A stretch of 64,000 nt of DNA. Origin: an uncultured Acidobacteriota bacterium (GTDB lineage Bacteria; Acidobacteriota; Thermoanaerobaculia; Multivoradales; DATKCC01). The position numbers and the translations under genes were made by a program. The notes beneath the pieces are model-generated. The model saw only the letters and a list, made by a program, of their open reading frames with translations, was not told the origin of the DNA and made no database searches. The DNA is taken from assembly GCA_963741925.1 (NCBI GenBank), contig CAVUJU010000002.1, positions 595,978 to 659,977 on the forward strand, given 5' to 3'. Shown here one piece after another: positions 31,880-41,500 of the stretch; the stretch's first letter is position 1; each line of letters starts with the position of its first letter.

Positions 31880-32562
31880 TCAGCTCGCCGGCGGGGCCGG
31901 CTGGGCGGCCTTCTGCTTGGCGGCGCCGACCAGGTCGAAGGCCTCGCGGCGCATCTTGGCGCGCTGGACGTCCTCTTCGGGGAAGCTGGGGCGGTAGCCC
32001 AGGCGGTCCTCGTCGAAGGTGAAGGGCTTCATCAGGTCCACCTTGCCGACGATCGACTGCTCGCGCGTGAAGTAGGCCATGTCGTAGTTGTTCGACATGA
32101 TGATCGCCTCCTCCGGACAGGCGTCCACGCAGTAGCCGCAGAAGACGCAGCGCAGCATGTCGATCTCGTAGACCTCGGGGAACTTCTCGATGTTCTCGTC
32201 CGGCTGCTCGCCGGCCTCGATGTGGATGCACTCGGCCGGGCAGTTGGTGGCGCACAGGAAGCAGGCCACGCAGCGCACCGACCCGTCGGGCCGCGTGGTG
32301 AGAATGTGGTGGCCGCGGTAGCGGTGCGAGTACTGGCGCCGCTCCTCCGGGTAGTTGATCGTGTACTCGGGGCCGTGGAACAGATTCCGGAAGAAGTGGC
32401 GCAGGGTCACCATCATGCCGGCCACGAGCGGCAGGTAGAGCCGCTCGCCGAGGCTCGGCCGGTAGGGCTCGACCTCGGTCGGATGGTAAACCGGGGGCGG
32501 CAGCGGACGGCCGGAAGCGCCGCCTTGCGGGTGGGCGTGGAGCGGCGGCGAGGGTTGGCTCA
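31880..32562 (-). CDS. nuoI: NADH-quinone oxidoreductase subunit I (2x[4Fe-4S])
   Basis: CVACFLCATNCP and CVFCGYCVDACP motifs. Start MSQPSPP overlaps the nuoCD stop. Confidence 0.85.
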
Positions 32563-34266
32563 TCGTTCGAGCTCTCCGGCGATGACGTTCAGCCCGCCGA
32601 GGGTCACGATGACGTCGGAGACGCTCGCGCCCTCGATCAGGTCGGAGAAGGTGGAGAAGATCGGGAAGCAGGGCGGCCGGACCTTGATCCGGTAGGGGTG
32701 CGACGAGCCGTCCGAGACGATGTAGAAGCCGAGCTCGCCGTTCGCCCCCTCGACCATGTCGTAGCGCTCGCCGGGCGGCACCTGGATGCCGTCCATGATC
32801 AGCTTGAAGTGGTAGATCATGGACTCCATCTGGTTGTAGCACGCCTCCTTCGGCGGCAGCGCCACGTGCGGATCGGAGACGATGTGCCCGCCCTCCGGGA
32901 TGCCCCGGTCGAGGAGCTGGCGGATGATCGAGAGGCTCTGGCGGATCTCGGCGTTTCGCACCCGGTAGCGGTCGTAGACGTCGCCGCCGTGGTAGACCGG
33001 CACCTCCCACTCGACGGTGTCGTAGAGGTCGTAGGGGGCGGCCTTGCGCACGTCGTAGCCCACGCCCGAGGCCCTGAGGCAGGGGCCCGTCCAGCCCCAG
33101 TTGACCGCGTCCTCGGCCGAGATCGCCGCCGTGCCCACCGCGCGCTTCTGCCAGATGCCGTTCTTGTCGACCAGCTTCTCCACGTCGTCGATGAAGGGCG
33201 GGATGATCTCGAGCAGCTTGCGAGCCCGCGCCATGAAGTCGGGCGGCAGGTCCTGGGCGAGGCCGCCGATCCGGCCGTAGGAGACCGTCAGGCGCGCCCC
33301 GGAGCAGGCCTCGAGCAGGCCGTAGATCTCCTCGCGCGGCTGGAAGTAGTACCAGAAGTTGGTCAGGGCTCCGGCGTCGACCAGGGTCGAGCCGTTGCAC
33401 ACGCAGTGGTCCATGATCCGCGAGAGCTCGGAGAGGATCGTGCGCGCCCAGACCGCCTTGGGCGGCGGCTCGATGCCGAGCATCTTCTCTACCGTCCGGC
33501 AGTAGCCGACGTTGTTGATGAACGAGGAGCAGTAGTTCAGGCGGTCGGTGTACGGGATGACGTGCTGCCAGGTGTGCGTTTCGCACATCTTCTCGAAGCA
33601 GCGGTGGAGGTAGCCGATCTCGACCTCGCTCGCGACGATCGTCTCGCCGTCGAGCTCGGCCACCACCCGGAAGGTGCCGTGCATCGCCGGGTGCGAGGGG
33701 CCGATGTTGATGGTCATCCGCTCGAACATGTCGTCGGCGACGCCCTCGGGCACCTTGAGCTTCGGGCGGTAGATCTTGTCCTCGGTCAAGATCCAGCGCC
33801 GGGTGGCGTCGTAGTCCTTCCTCAGCGGATGCCCCTGGAAGGCGTCGTGGGTGAGGATGCGGCGCAGGTTCGGGTGGCCCTCGAAGCGGAAGCCGAACAT
33901 GTCGTAGGCCTCGCGCTCGAACCAGTCCGCCGCCTTCCAGACCGGGATCAACGAGGGCAGCGTCGGGTCGGCCTCGGTGAGGGGCACCTTGAGGCGGAGG
34001 CGCTCGTTCCTGGGCAGCGAGTAGAGGTGGTAGACCGCCTCGAAGCGTTCCTCGCGGTCCGGGTAGTCGACGCCGCAGACGTCGAGGAGCATGTCGAGCT
34101 GGGTCGAGGGGTCGTCGCGCAGGTCGCGCGCGAGCTCGGCCAGCACGTCCCGGCTCACCACCCAGGTCGGCTGGTCCCTGATCTCATCAGGGCCCTCCTG
34201 GGGCAGGATGCTCCCGGCCGGGTACTTGTCGAGCAGAGACGGCGTCTCGATCGCCGTGGGACTCAT
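32560..34266 (-). CDS. nuoCD: NADH-quinone oxidoreductase fused subunits C/D
   Basis: 568 aa. The NuoC part has PNLRRILT..., and the NuoD part has INIGPSHPAMHGTFRV. There are no NiFe Cys motifs. Confidence 0.9.
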   Translation of the reverse strand: MSPTAIETPSLLDKYPAGSILPQEGPDEIRDQPTWVVSRDVLAELARDLRDDPSTQLDMLLDVCGVDYPDREERFEAVYHLYSLPRNERLRLKVPLTEADPTLPSLIPVWKAADWFEREAYDMFGFRFEGHPNLRRILTHDAFQGHPLRKDYDATRRWILTEDKIYRPKLKVPEGVADDMFERMTINIGPSHPAMHGTFRVVAELDGETIVASEVEIGYLHRCFEKMCETHTWQHVIPYTDRLNYCSSFINNVGYCRTVEKMLGIEPPPKAVWARTILSELSRIMDHCVCNGSTLVDAGALTNFWYYFQPREEIYGLLEACSGARLTVSYGRIGGLAQDLPPDFMARARKLLEIIPPFIDDVEKLVDKNGIWQKRAVGTAAISAEDAVNWGWTGPCLRASGVGYDVRKAAPYDLYDTVEWEVPVYHGGDVYDRYRVRNAEIRQSLSIIRQLLDRGIPEGGHIVSDPHVALPPKEACYNQMESMIYHFKLIMDGIQVPPGERYDMVEGANGELGFYIVSDGSSHPYRIKVRPPCFPIFSTFSDLIEGASVSDVIVTLGGLNVIAGELER

Positions 34267-34279
34267 CGGATCACCCTCC

Positions 34280-34610
34280 TCATCCTCGTTCCCTCTCCCG
34301 CTCGCGTCCTACAAACTTGACTCATCTGTCCAGATCTCGGTGGGCCTGGTGGGCTAACGAGGCTCCGCCTCAGACCACAAAGCGGCAAAAGCATCCGAGG
34401 CTTCGTGACCGGTAGCTCCCCCGCCCACGCCGACTGGTTGAGCCTAGCTTCGCCCAAACGGCTACTCCAGAACGTTGGATCCATCGGATCGCCCCCCTCT
34501 CCCTCGATCCCTCTCCCACCCTCCGGGGGGAGAGGGACGCCCCCTCCCGCTCGCGTCCTACAAACTTGACTCATCTGTCCAGATCTCGGTGGGCCTGGTG
34601 GACGAGCATG
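34280..34610. repeat. composite copy of dispersed repeat family (with internal ~55-bp direct duplication) between nuoB and nuoCD
   Basis: The core ggatcgcccccctctccctcgatccctctcccaccctccggggggagagggacgccccctccc and flanks are ~85% identical to 43395-43578. The 3' module ...cgtcctacaaacttgactcatctgtccagatctcggtgggcctggtgg occurs twice (34296-34350, 34546-34602). Confidence 0.8.
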
Positions 34611-34621
34611 GTCCATTCGGT

Positions 34622-35182
34622 TCAGCCGGCGGCGGCCGCCGGCTCCTCCTGGACGCGGGTCTGGGACTCTCGGGCGTACCGCTTGCGGTCCCGGACCACC
34701 TTCTCCTTGAGCTGCAGGATGCCGTACATCAGCCCTTCCGGGTTCGGCGGGCAGCCGGGGACGTAGACGTCGACCGGGATGATCTCGTCGATGCCCTGCA
34801 TCACGTGGTAGGCGCGATAGAACCCGCCGGAGCACGCGCAGGCGCCCATCGAGACCACCCACTTGGGTTCGGCCATCTGGTCGTAGATCTTCTTGAGCAC
34901 CGGCGCCATCTTGTCGTTGATCGTGCCGGCGACGATCAGCAGGTCGCTCTGACGCGGCGAGAAGCGCACCACCTCGGAGCCGAAGCGAGCCATGTCGTAG
35001 TGGCTCGAGACGGTCGACATGAACTCGATGGCGCAGCAGGCGGTGCCGAACGGGAAGGGCCAGAAGGAGTGGCGCTGGGCCCAGTCCTCCACCTTGTCGA
35101 AGGTGGTGGTCAACCAGCTCTCGCCGGTGTGGGCGACCGGGCCGCCGCGGGTCTCTTCCTGGTCCAGGACTTTGAGGCTCAT
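34622..35182 (-). CDS. nuoB: NADH-quinone oxidoreductase subunit B
   Basis: CCAIEF...GACACSGG...VPGCPP motifs for cluster N2. Confidence 0.9.
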   Translation of the reverse strand: MSLKVLDQEETRGGPVAHTGESWLTTTFDKVEDWAQRHSFWPFPFGTACCAIEFMSTVSSHYDMARFGSEVVRFSPRQSDLLIVAGTINDKMAPVLKKIYDQMAEPKWVVSMGACACSGGFYRAYHVMQGIDEIIPVDVYVPGCPPNPEGLMYGILQLKEKVVRDRKRYARESQTRVQEEPAAAAG

Positions 35183-35212
35183 GGTTCCTCCACGCCGTGG
35201 AGTCTAGCGAAT

Positions 35213-35229
35213 GTGACCGATGGTCACAA
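35213..35229. promoter_or_regulatory. perfect 7-3-7 palindrome TGTGACC-GAT-GGTCACA, 30 bp upstream of nuoB, next to a TAGACT -10-like hexamer and a GGAGG SD
   Basis: Read directly from the sequence; a candidate operator for a dimeric regulator. Confidence 0.4.
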
Positions 35230-35391
35230 GCTCACGAGAGCTCGGTTCGGCGGGTGTTTCGACCGCCGGGGCGGCGGCACGGGCACGGCCGTGGCGCCCG
35301 GGGTCGTAGTATCGTCAACCTCCGGCCGGGAGCAGGGATTCCGCCCCCGCCACCCCGCGGCCGGCCCCGCGCCGCCGCTCTGGAGCCACCG

Positions 35392-35670
35392 ATGGAGATC
35401 ACCCTCACCCCCGCCGCCCGCGAGGCCGCCCGCCGCGACCTCGGTCCCGGCGAGCACCTGCGGATCGCCTTCGCCGGCGGCTGCGGCGCCATGGGGTTCC
35501 GCCTCGGGGCCACCCGGCTCGTCGCCGAGGGCGACCTGCGCCTGGAGTGGGACGGCGTCACCTTGGCCCTCGACCGGATGGCGGCGCGCGAGCTCGACGG
35601 CGCGATCCTCGACCACGACGAGGAGGATGGGTTCGTCCTCGACCACCCGGCGTGGGGGCGAAGCTGTTGA
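35392..35670 (+). CDS. HesB/IscA-like Fe-S cluster insertion domain protein (atypical Cys complement)
   Basis: MEITLTPAAREAARRDL...LRIAFAGGCGAMGFRLG... resembles IscA/ErpA, but the C-terminal CGCG motif is absent. GGAG SD is 8 nt upstream. Confidence 0.5.
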   Translation: MEITLTPAAREAARRDLGPGEHLRIAFAGGCGAMGFRLGATRLVAEGDLRLEWDGVTLALDRMAARELDGAILDHDEEDGFVLDHPAWGRSC

Positions 35671-35677
35671 GGGGCGG

Positions 35678-36196
35678 TCACCGAGAGGTGCCTTCCGCAC
35701 CGATCGGCCGGGCCAGCACCGAGACCGGCACCGAACGCAACGCGTGAGGCGATCTCCGCCTCAGCCCACCGCCACCGGCTCGGCCATCTCCGCGGGCGCG
35801 GGCACGTCGCCCTCGGACGACTCGAGGGCCCGCCAGAAGCTCCTCCAGCCGCCGCAGGTGGTCCTTCTGGACCTCGATCACGCGCTGGAACAGGCCCACC
35901 ACCTCGTCCGGCCCGGACAGGCCGATGAGCTTCGGGTAGAGCACGTCGTTCTCGTAGCGCTCCTCGGCGATCTCGGCCCGGAGGTCGAGGGCGCGGCCGC
36001 GGACCTTGCCCGCCGCCTCGAGCTGCAGGCGCGCCAGCTCGTCCTTGCCCTCGGCGAGCCGGAGCCAGTGCTCGGCCAGATGGGGCAGGCCGTCCTTGCG
36101 GGCGCGATGGGCGTAGGCCCGGTACTTGGCGGCCGACGCCGCTTCGGAGGTGAAGCCGGTTTTCAGGTGCTCCTGGACGCGGGGGATCCTCGACAC
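35678..36196 (-). CDS. rubrerythrin/ferritin-like domain protein
   Basis: EAASAAKYRAYAHRARKDG...EERYENDVLYPKL. Its ~45-aa basic C-terminal tail is unusual. Confidence 0.55.
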   Translation of the reverse strand: MSRIPRVQEHLKTGFTSEAASAAKYRAYAHRARKDGLPHLAEHWLRLAEGKDELARLQLEAAGKVRGRALDLRAEIAEERYENDVLYPKLIGLSGPDEVVGLFQRVIEVQKDHLRRLEELLAGPRVVRGRRARARGDGRAGGGGLRRRSPHALRSVPVSVLARPIGAEGTSR

Positions 36197-36394
36197 GGTC
36201 TCTCCTCGTTGTGGAAGCTAAGATGATCCCCGGCGTCCTCCTCGGAGAGGGCGCGGGGCGGCCCGATTCTACGCCAGCCCCGCCCGGGGTCAACCGGGCC
36301 GCCGGGGCGGAACATCCGCCCGCCCGCTGCGTAGTGAAGCACCAGACACCTGCAAGGGCGCCCTTCGTGACTCGCGAGTCAACCTCCCCCCCCG

Positions 36395-36470
36395 AACCCG
36401 AGCCTCGGGGAGGGGGCTTCGCCTTTCCCCTCCGGGGGTGGGAAGGGGATCGCCGGGTTGCGGGGGGGAT
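36395..36470. repeat. copy (inverted orientation, degenerate) of dispersed C/G-rich repeat family
   Basis: cggggagggggcttcgcctttcccctccgggggtgggaaggggatcgcc, directly upstream of the HAMP-PP2C gene. Confidence 0.6.
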
Positions 36471-36473
36471 CCG

Positions 36474-38412
36474 ATGAAGCACCGCGCCAGGCGCCTCGTC
36501 TGGCTCGCCGTGATCCTCGCCGCGACCGGCGCCCTCGGCTACCTGGTGGCGATCCCGGTCGCCGGCGCCATCGCCCGCGTCGTCTTCTGGGTGGTCCTCT
36601 GCCTGAGCGCCGCCTTCCTGCTCTTCCGCGCCTACCAGCGACTTCTCTGGCACGTCAGCGGCCGCCTCGCCTTCTCCTACTTCCTGATCGGGGTGGTGCC
36701 GATCCCGCTGGCGGCCGTCCTGTTCGTCCTCGTCTGCTACTTCGTCGCCGGCTTCTTCCTCGGCCACCTCTACCGCGACACCCTCCAGGGGCTCGAACGC
36801 CAGGTCGAAGCGGCGGCGGCCCACGCCGGGAGCGGCGGCGAGGGCGAGTCCGCCACCCCGGAGACCGTCGCCTGGGCCGTCTACCGGGACGGGCGCCGGG
36901 TGGCGGGCGATCGGCGGGCGCCGGAGGCCTGGCCGGCGTGGCTCGACACGCTCCCGGCGGACGCGCCGCCGCCCTTCGTCGCCCTCCCCGACGGCTCGAC
37001 GACGCTCGTCGCGACCGCCGCGCAGCCGGGGGGGCGGCGGGCCCTCGCCTTCGTTCCGGGCGACCTGTCGCAGGTGCTCCGCGAGCGTTCCGGGGTCTGG
37101 GTGAGCCTGCTGAGCAACGCCGGGGGAGCCAAGAGCGCCCAGGTGTCGGTGGGCAGCGCCGGCCTCCACGTCCGCCTGGCCCCGGTGAGCGCCGGCGAGC
37201 GGGCCGAGCTCGAAGCCGCCAAGGCCCGCTTCTTCCAGCAGCACCAGGTCTCCGGCGGCTGGCGCGACCGGCCGGTGCTCAGCTGGGTGGAGCTCGGCGA
37301 GCCGGAGCACGACCTGGCGACCGGCGAGGCCGCGGCCGGCGACACCGCCGTGATCCTCACCGCGACGCCGCGGACCCTCGCCGAGCGCCTGTTCTCTCCG
37401 AGCGCGGAGGTGGGCAAGGCGTTCTGGGTGGCCCTGTTCGTCGTCTCGCTCCTCCTGCTCTCGATCTACGCCGTCGCCGAGCTGCTGGCGGTGACCCTGA
37501 TCGTCGGGCTCTCGCGCGCCGTCTCGCGCCTCTACGACGCCACCTCGCGGGTCGCCGCCGGCGACTTCGCGGTGCGCATCCCGGTGCGCCGGCGCGACCA
37601 GGTGGGCGCGCTGCAGCGCTCGTTCAACTCGATGGCCGAGAACCTCCAGGACCTGGTCGCCACCGCCGCCCAGGCCGAGCTCCTCGAGAAGGAGCTCGAC
37701 GATCGCCCGCCAGGTGCAGCAGAGCCTGATCCCCAAGAACCTCCCCGAGGGCGAGGCGGTCGAGTTCTCCACCCTGTTCGAGCCGAGCGCGGCGATCGGC
37801 GGCGACTACTTCGACGTCCTGCGGCTCTCGGACCACGAGCTGGCCGTGGTGGTCGCCGACGTCTCGGGGCACGGCCTGCCGACGGGGCTGCGGATGGCGA
37901 TGGTCAAGGCCGCCCTGGGCATCCTGGTGGTCGAGACCCAGGAGGCGGACGAGATCCTGCGCCGCCTCGACGGGACGGTCCGCTCCGGCGACCCGGGCGG
38001 CGGGGAGTCGCGCTTCTTCGTCACCGCCACCTTCGCCAAGGTCGACTTCCGCGCCGGCCGGGTGGAGCTGACCAACGCCGGGCACCCCCCCACCTATCAC
38101 CTGCGCGACGGCCGGGCCGAGGAGATCCTGCTCCCCGGCTCGCCCTTGGGCGGCCTGGGAACGTCGTACGGCCACCGGACGATCGAGATCGAGGCCGGGG
38201 ATGCGCTCGTCTGGCTCTCCGACGGGCTGATCGAGGCCGCCGACGGGGACGACGAGCCGTTCGGCTACGACGCGGTCCGCGCCGCCCTGGCCGGGCCGTG
38301 CGAGTCGGCGGTCCAGGTGCGCGACCGGTTGCTCGCGGCGGTCGAGGCCCACACGGGCGGCCGCCCGGCCCTCGACGACCGGACGCTGGTGGTCATGCGG
38401 TACCGCAATTGA
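36474..38412 (+). pseudogene. membrane sensor-HAMP-PP2C (SpoIIE-like) phosphatase gene split by a +1 frameshift near 37700
   Basis: Frame A gives TM helices, a periplasmic region and HAMP (...RDQVGALQRSFNSMAENLQDLVATAAQAELLEKELDD) up to 37700. Frame B from 37714 gives the PP2C domain (QQSLIPKNLP...GGDYFDV...ADVSGHG...WLSDGLIEA). Deleting one nt in gacGatcgcc yields the canonical junction EKELDIARQVQQSLIP. Confidence 0.6.
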
Positions 38413-38419
38413 CAGGTCC

Positions 38420-38510
38420 CCCCGCATCCCCTCGGATCGCCCCTCGATCCCCTCGATCCCCTTCCCTCCCTCGCGGGGAGAGAAGGGGACGCCCGCCGCC
38501 CGATCCTTCC
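38420..38510. repeat. degenerate copy of dispersed C/G-rich repeat family
   Basis: ggatcgcccctcgatcccctcgatccccttccctccctcgcggggagagaaggggacgcc, between convergent genes. Confidence 0.6.
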
Positions 38511-38543
38511 GGGCGGCGGGCGGGACGCGGGGGCGGCGGGGCG

Positions 38544-41500
38544 CTACTTCTGCACCTGCGGGGTGGCGGCGGTCCAGACGGTCACCGGCTGGAGGCCGAC
38601 GTTGACCACCTGGACCAGGTAGAGGCCGGGCACCGTGACCGGCACCTCGAGGCTCGCGAGGCCGTCGGTCGAGGAGTCGACCGCGTCGAGCACCTGGCCC
38701 GAGGGGTCGAGCACCAGCAGGCGGAACGGCACGTCGCCGTCGGCCTCGGCCACCACCGCGACGGAGAGCGCGTCGGTGGGCACGGTGAGCCCCGCGGCGA
38801 GCTGCTGGCCGGCGGAGACCTGCCGGGTGTCCGAGGTCGTCTCGCCCGGACCCGACGTCGCCCGGGCGCTCGCGCTGCCGCCCGAGACGCAGAGCTCGTC
38901 CACGTAGGCCCCGCCGGTCACGTTGCGTAGCTCGAAGGTGTGGCTCCCCGCGCCGGCGACGGCGAAGGTCGCCGTGGCGCCGAGCTGGGGATCGCGCAGG
39001 CTTCCGGAGCCGCCCTGGTAGCTGACCGTGCCGGCGAGCTCGCCGTCCAGGTAGACGTCGGCGCTGCCTCCCTTGGTGCTGGTTGCGAACGCGTAGTCGA
39101 GCTCGCCCTGGTCGCTCGCCGAGTCGAAGGCAAAGCTCATCCCGTGTTGCCCGCCCCGGGCGCTCAGCAGCCGGAAGTGCCCGCCGGAGGCGCCGGCGTC
39201 GTTCACCGTGTGCCAGCCGCCGTCGTAGGCCAGGTGCGGGTCGTCGTCCTCGAAGCAGGTGGGCGGCGACGGCTCGACCGTGATGGTCGCCGTGGCGGCG
39301 TTCTGACTCCGGGCGTCGTGGGAGTCGGTGACCGTCAGGCTGGCCCGGAAGGTCCCTTCCTCCTGGTAGGTGTGGGAGACCGTGGGCGTCGCCTGGGTCA
39401 CCGGGGCGCTCTCGTCGCCGAAGTCGAAGGTGTAGCTCGCGACCGAGTCGCCCGGGTCCGGATCGCTCGAGCCGGAGGCGTCGAAGTCGACCGTCAGCGG
39501 GACGGAACCGGCCGTCGGCGAGGCGGCGAGCGCCGCCAGCGGCGGGGTGTTCGGGGCGCAGCTCGCGTTGTCCTGGACCGTCAGGGAGCCCTGGTACACG
39601 AGCCCGTCGGGCATCTCGTCGACCGTCGCCGCAGCGCCGCCCACCGGCGTGTTCGCCGCTTGCACCGCGGCCGCGTTGAAGCCGGTGATCGTGTCGCCGG
39701 GCGCCAGCCCGAGGTCGGCGATCGGCACCACGATGACGACGGCGCCGTGGGCCGCGTCGTAGAAGCTCGCCGGATCGGCCGGCTTCTCGCTGCCGCTCGC
39801 GACGAAGCGGCCGTCGACGCCGCCCGAGGTGTTCGGCGAGGCGACGTAGGACTGGAAGGCCGGGGCGAGCGGCGACGTCGCCTCGAACACCATGCGCACG
39901 CCGTGGACCTGGCCGTCGGGCTCCTTGAACGAGACGTACCAGTACGAATCCGGCGGCTGCGGGACCTGGCCCGGATCGGTGTCGAGCTGGAAGCGCAAGG
40001 CGATCCGGCCGTCGGCGGCGAAGGGCTGGGCCACCTGGAGCGACTTGAGGTCGGTTCCCGGCGTGGCGGTGAGGCTGTCGCCGCCGGCGTCGGTGAGGAG
40101 GGTCGGGCCCGGCGGGTCGCAGACGCTCACCGTCTGGCCGCCGGCGACCTCGAGGACCGCCTCGTTGCTGGCGGCTCCCTCGCCCTGGGCGTTGACCGCG
40201 ACCACCTGGTAGTAATAAGCCGGCTCCGACGGGTCGACGGCGGCGTCCTGGTAGCCGGTCTTGTCGCCGCCGACGGTGGCGAGCAGGCTTTCGGCGCCCG
40301 AGGCGGTGCCGCGGTAGACCTCGTAGGCTGCGATGTCTGCGCCGCCGTCGTCCGGAGCGTTCCAGGCGAGGTCGGCCTTGGCGGCCGTGCGCGTGCCGGC
40401 GAGGTACGGAGCGCCGGGCACCGCCGGTTCGACCGGGTCGAAGCGGGCGAAGAGCGGCTTGCCGCCGGTCTGGCGCGCCACGCGCTGGTACGCGACGAAG
40501 TCGTTCGCCGCGCCGCCGCTCTCGATGCAGGTGTCGCTCACGCAGCCGTCGTCGTAGCCGAAGAGCACGCGGCCGTGGTCGTCGATCGTCACCTCGTTGA
40601 AGTCGAGGAGGTTGCGGTTCGGGTTGCCGCCGCCGCTGTTCCAGATGCCGCCCGCGCCCTGCACCGGATCGCCCGGCGTGGCGTTGACCGTGGTCCAGGT
40701 GCGGCCGCCGTCGTAGGTGGTGGCGATGAACAGGTACCAGCTCCCGGGGAAGTCCAGCGACTCGTGGTTACCCGCCGCGTCGGTACCCAGGAAGCCGCAC
40801 GCGGCGCGGCCCGCGTCGCCGGCCACCGCCTCGGGGAAGACGGCGTTGATCACGCCCACCGCGGCGCCGAGGTCGGTGTCGTCGCTCCACGTGGCGCCGT
40901 GGTCGTGGCTCACCGCCACGTGCACGTGGTGCTCCGGCCCCTGGCCGTCGACGTAGCACTCGTAGACGGTGTCGTCGGCGTCGATGGCGATCGACGGGTC
41001 GGTCGAGCCGCCGGCGAAGGACTGGCTCTCCGGGATCAGGAACTGGCTCCAGGTGAGCCCGGCGTCGAGGCTGACCACGCCGCCCTGATGATCGCCGCAC
41101 TGGGGCACCGGGACGTAGACCGCGCCGTCGGGGCCGACCTTGACGTGGCCGTGGAGGCCGCCGCAGTCGGTGACGGCGATGCCGTCGTAGATCGGCACGC
41201 CCGGCTCGAAGCTGGCGCCGCCGTCGTCGCTCCGCTGGCAGAAGGCGGGGCCGACGGCGTCCTGCGAGCAGTAGTACAGGGCGTTCGGGTAGGCCGGGTT
41301 GGGCACCGGGACGAGGGCCGGGTACGGCCCGGTCCCGAGGGTCTGGTGATCCGCGCCGCCGTTGGGCGGCGCCGCCGAGGCCTGGATCCAGCTCGCGCCG
41401 TCGTCGTCGCTGTAGGCGAAGAGCGCCTCGGCGCCGGTGGTCTGCATGGACTCGAAGGTGCGGCCGGTCACCTGGTCGGTGTGGAGGATCGGATCGAGGG

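Noticed and set aside
35678-35820. Possible frameshift creating the 45-aa basic tail of the rubrerythrin-like protein
   Set aside because: Neither alternate frame gives a more plausible C-terminus. It is kept as a real, unusual tail with low confidence.
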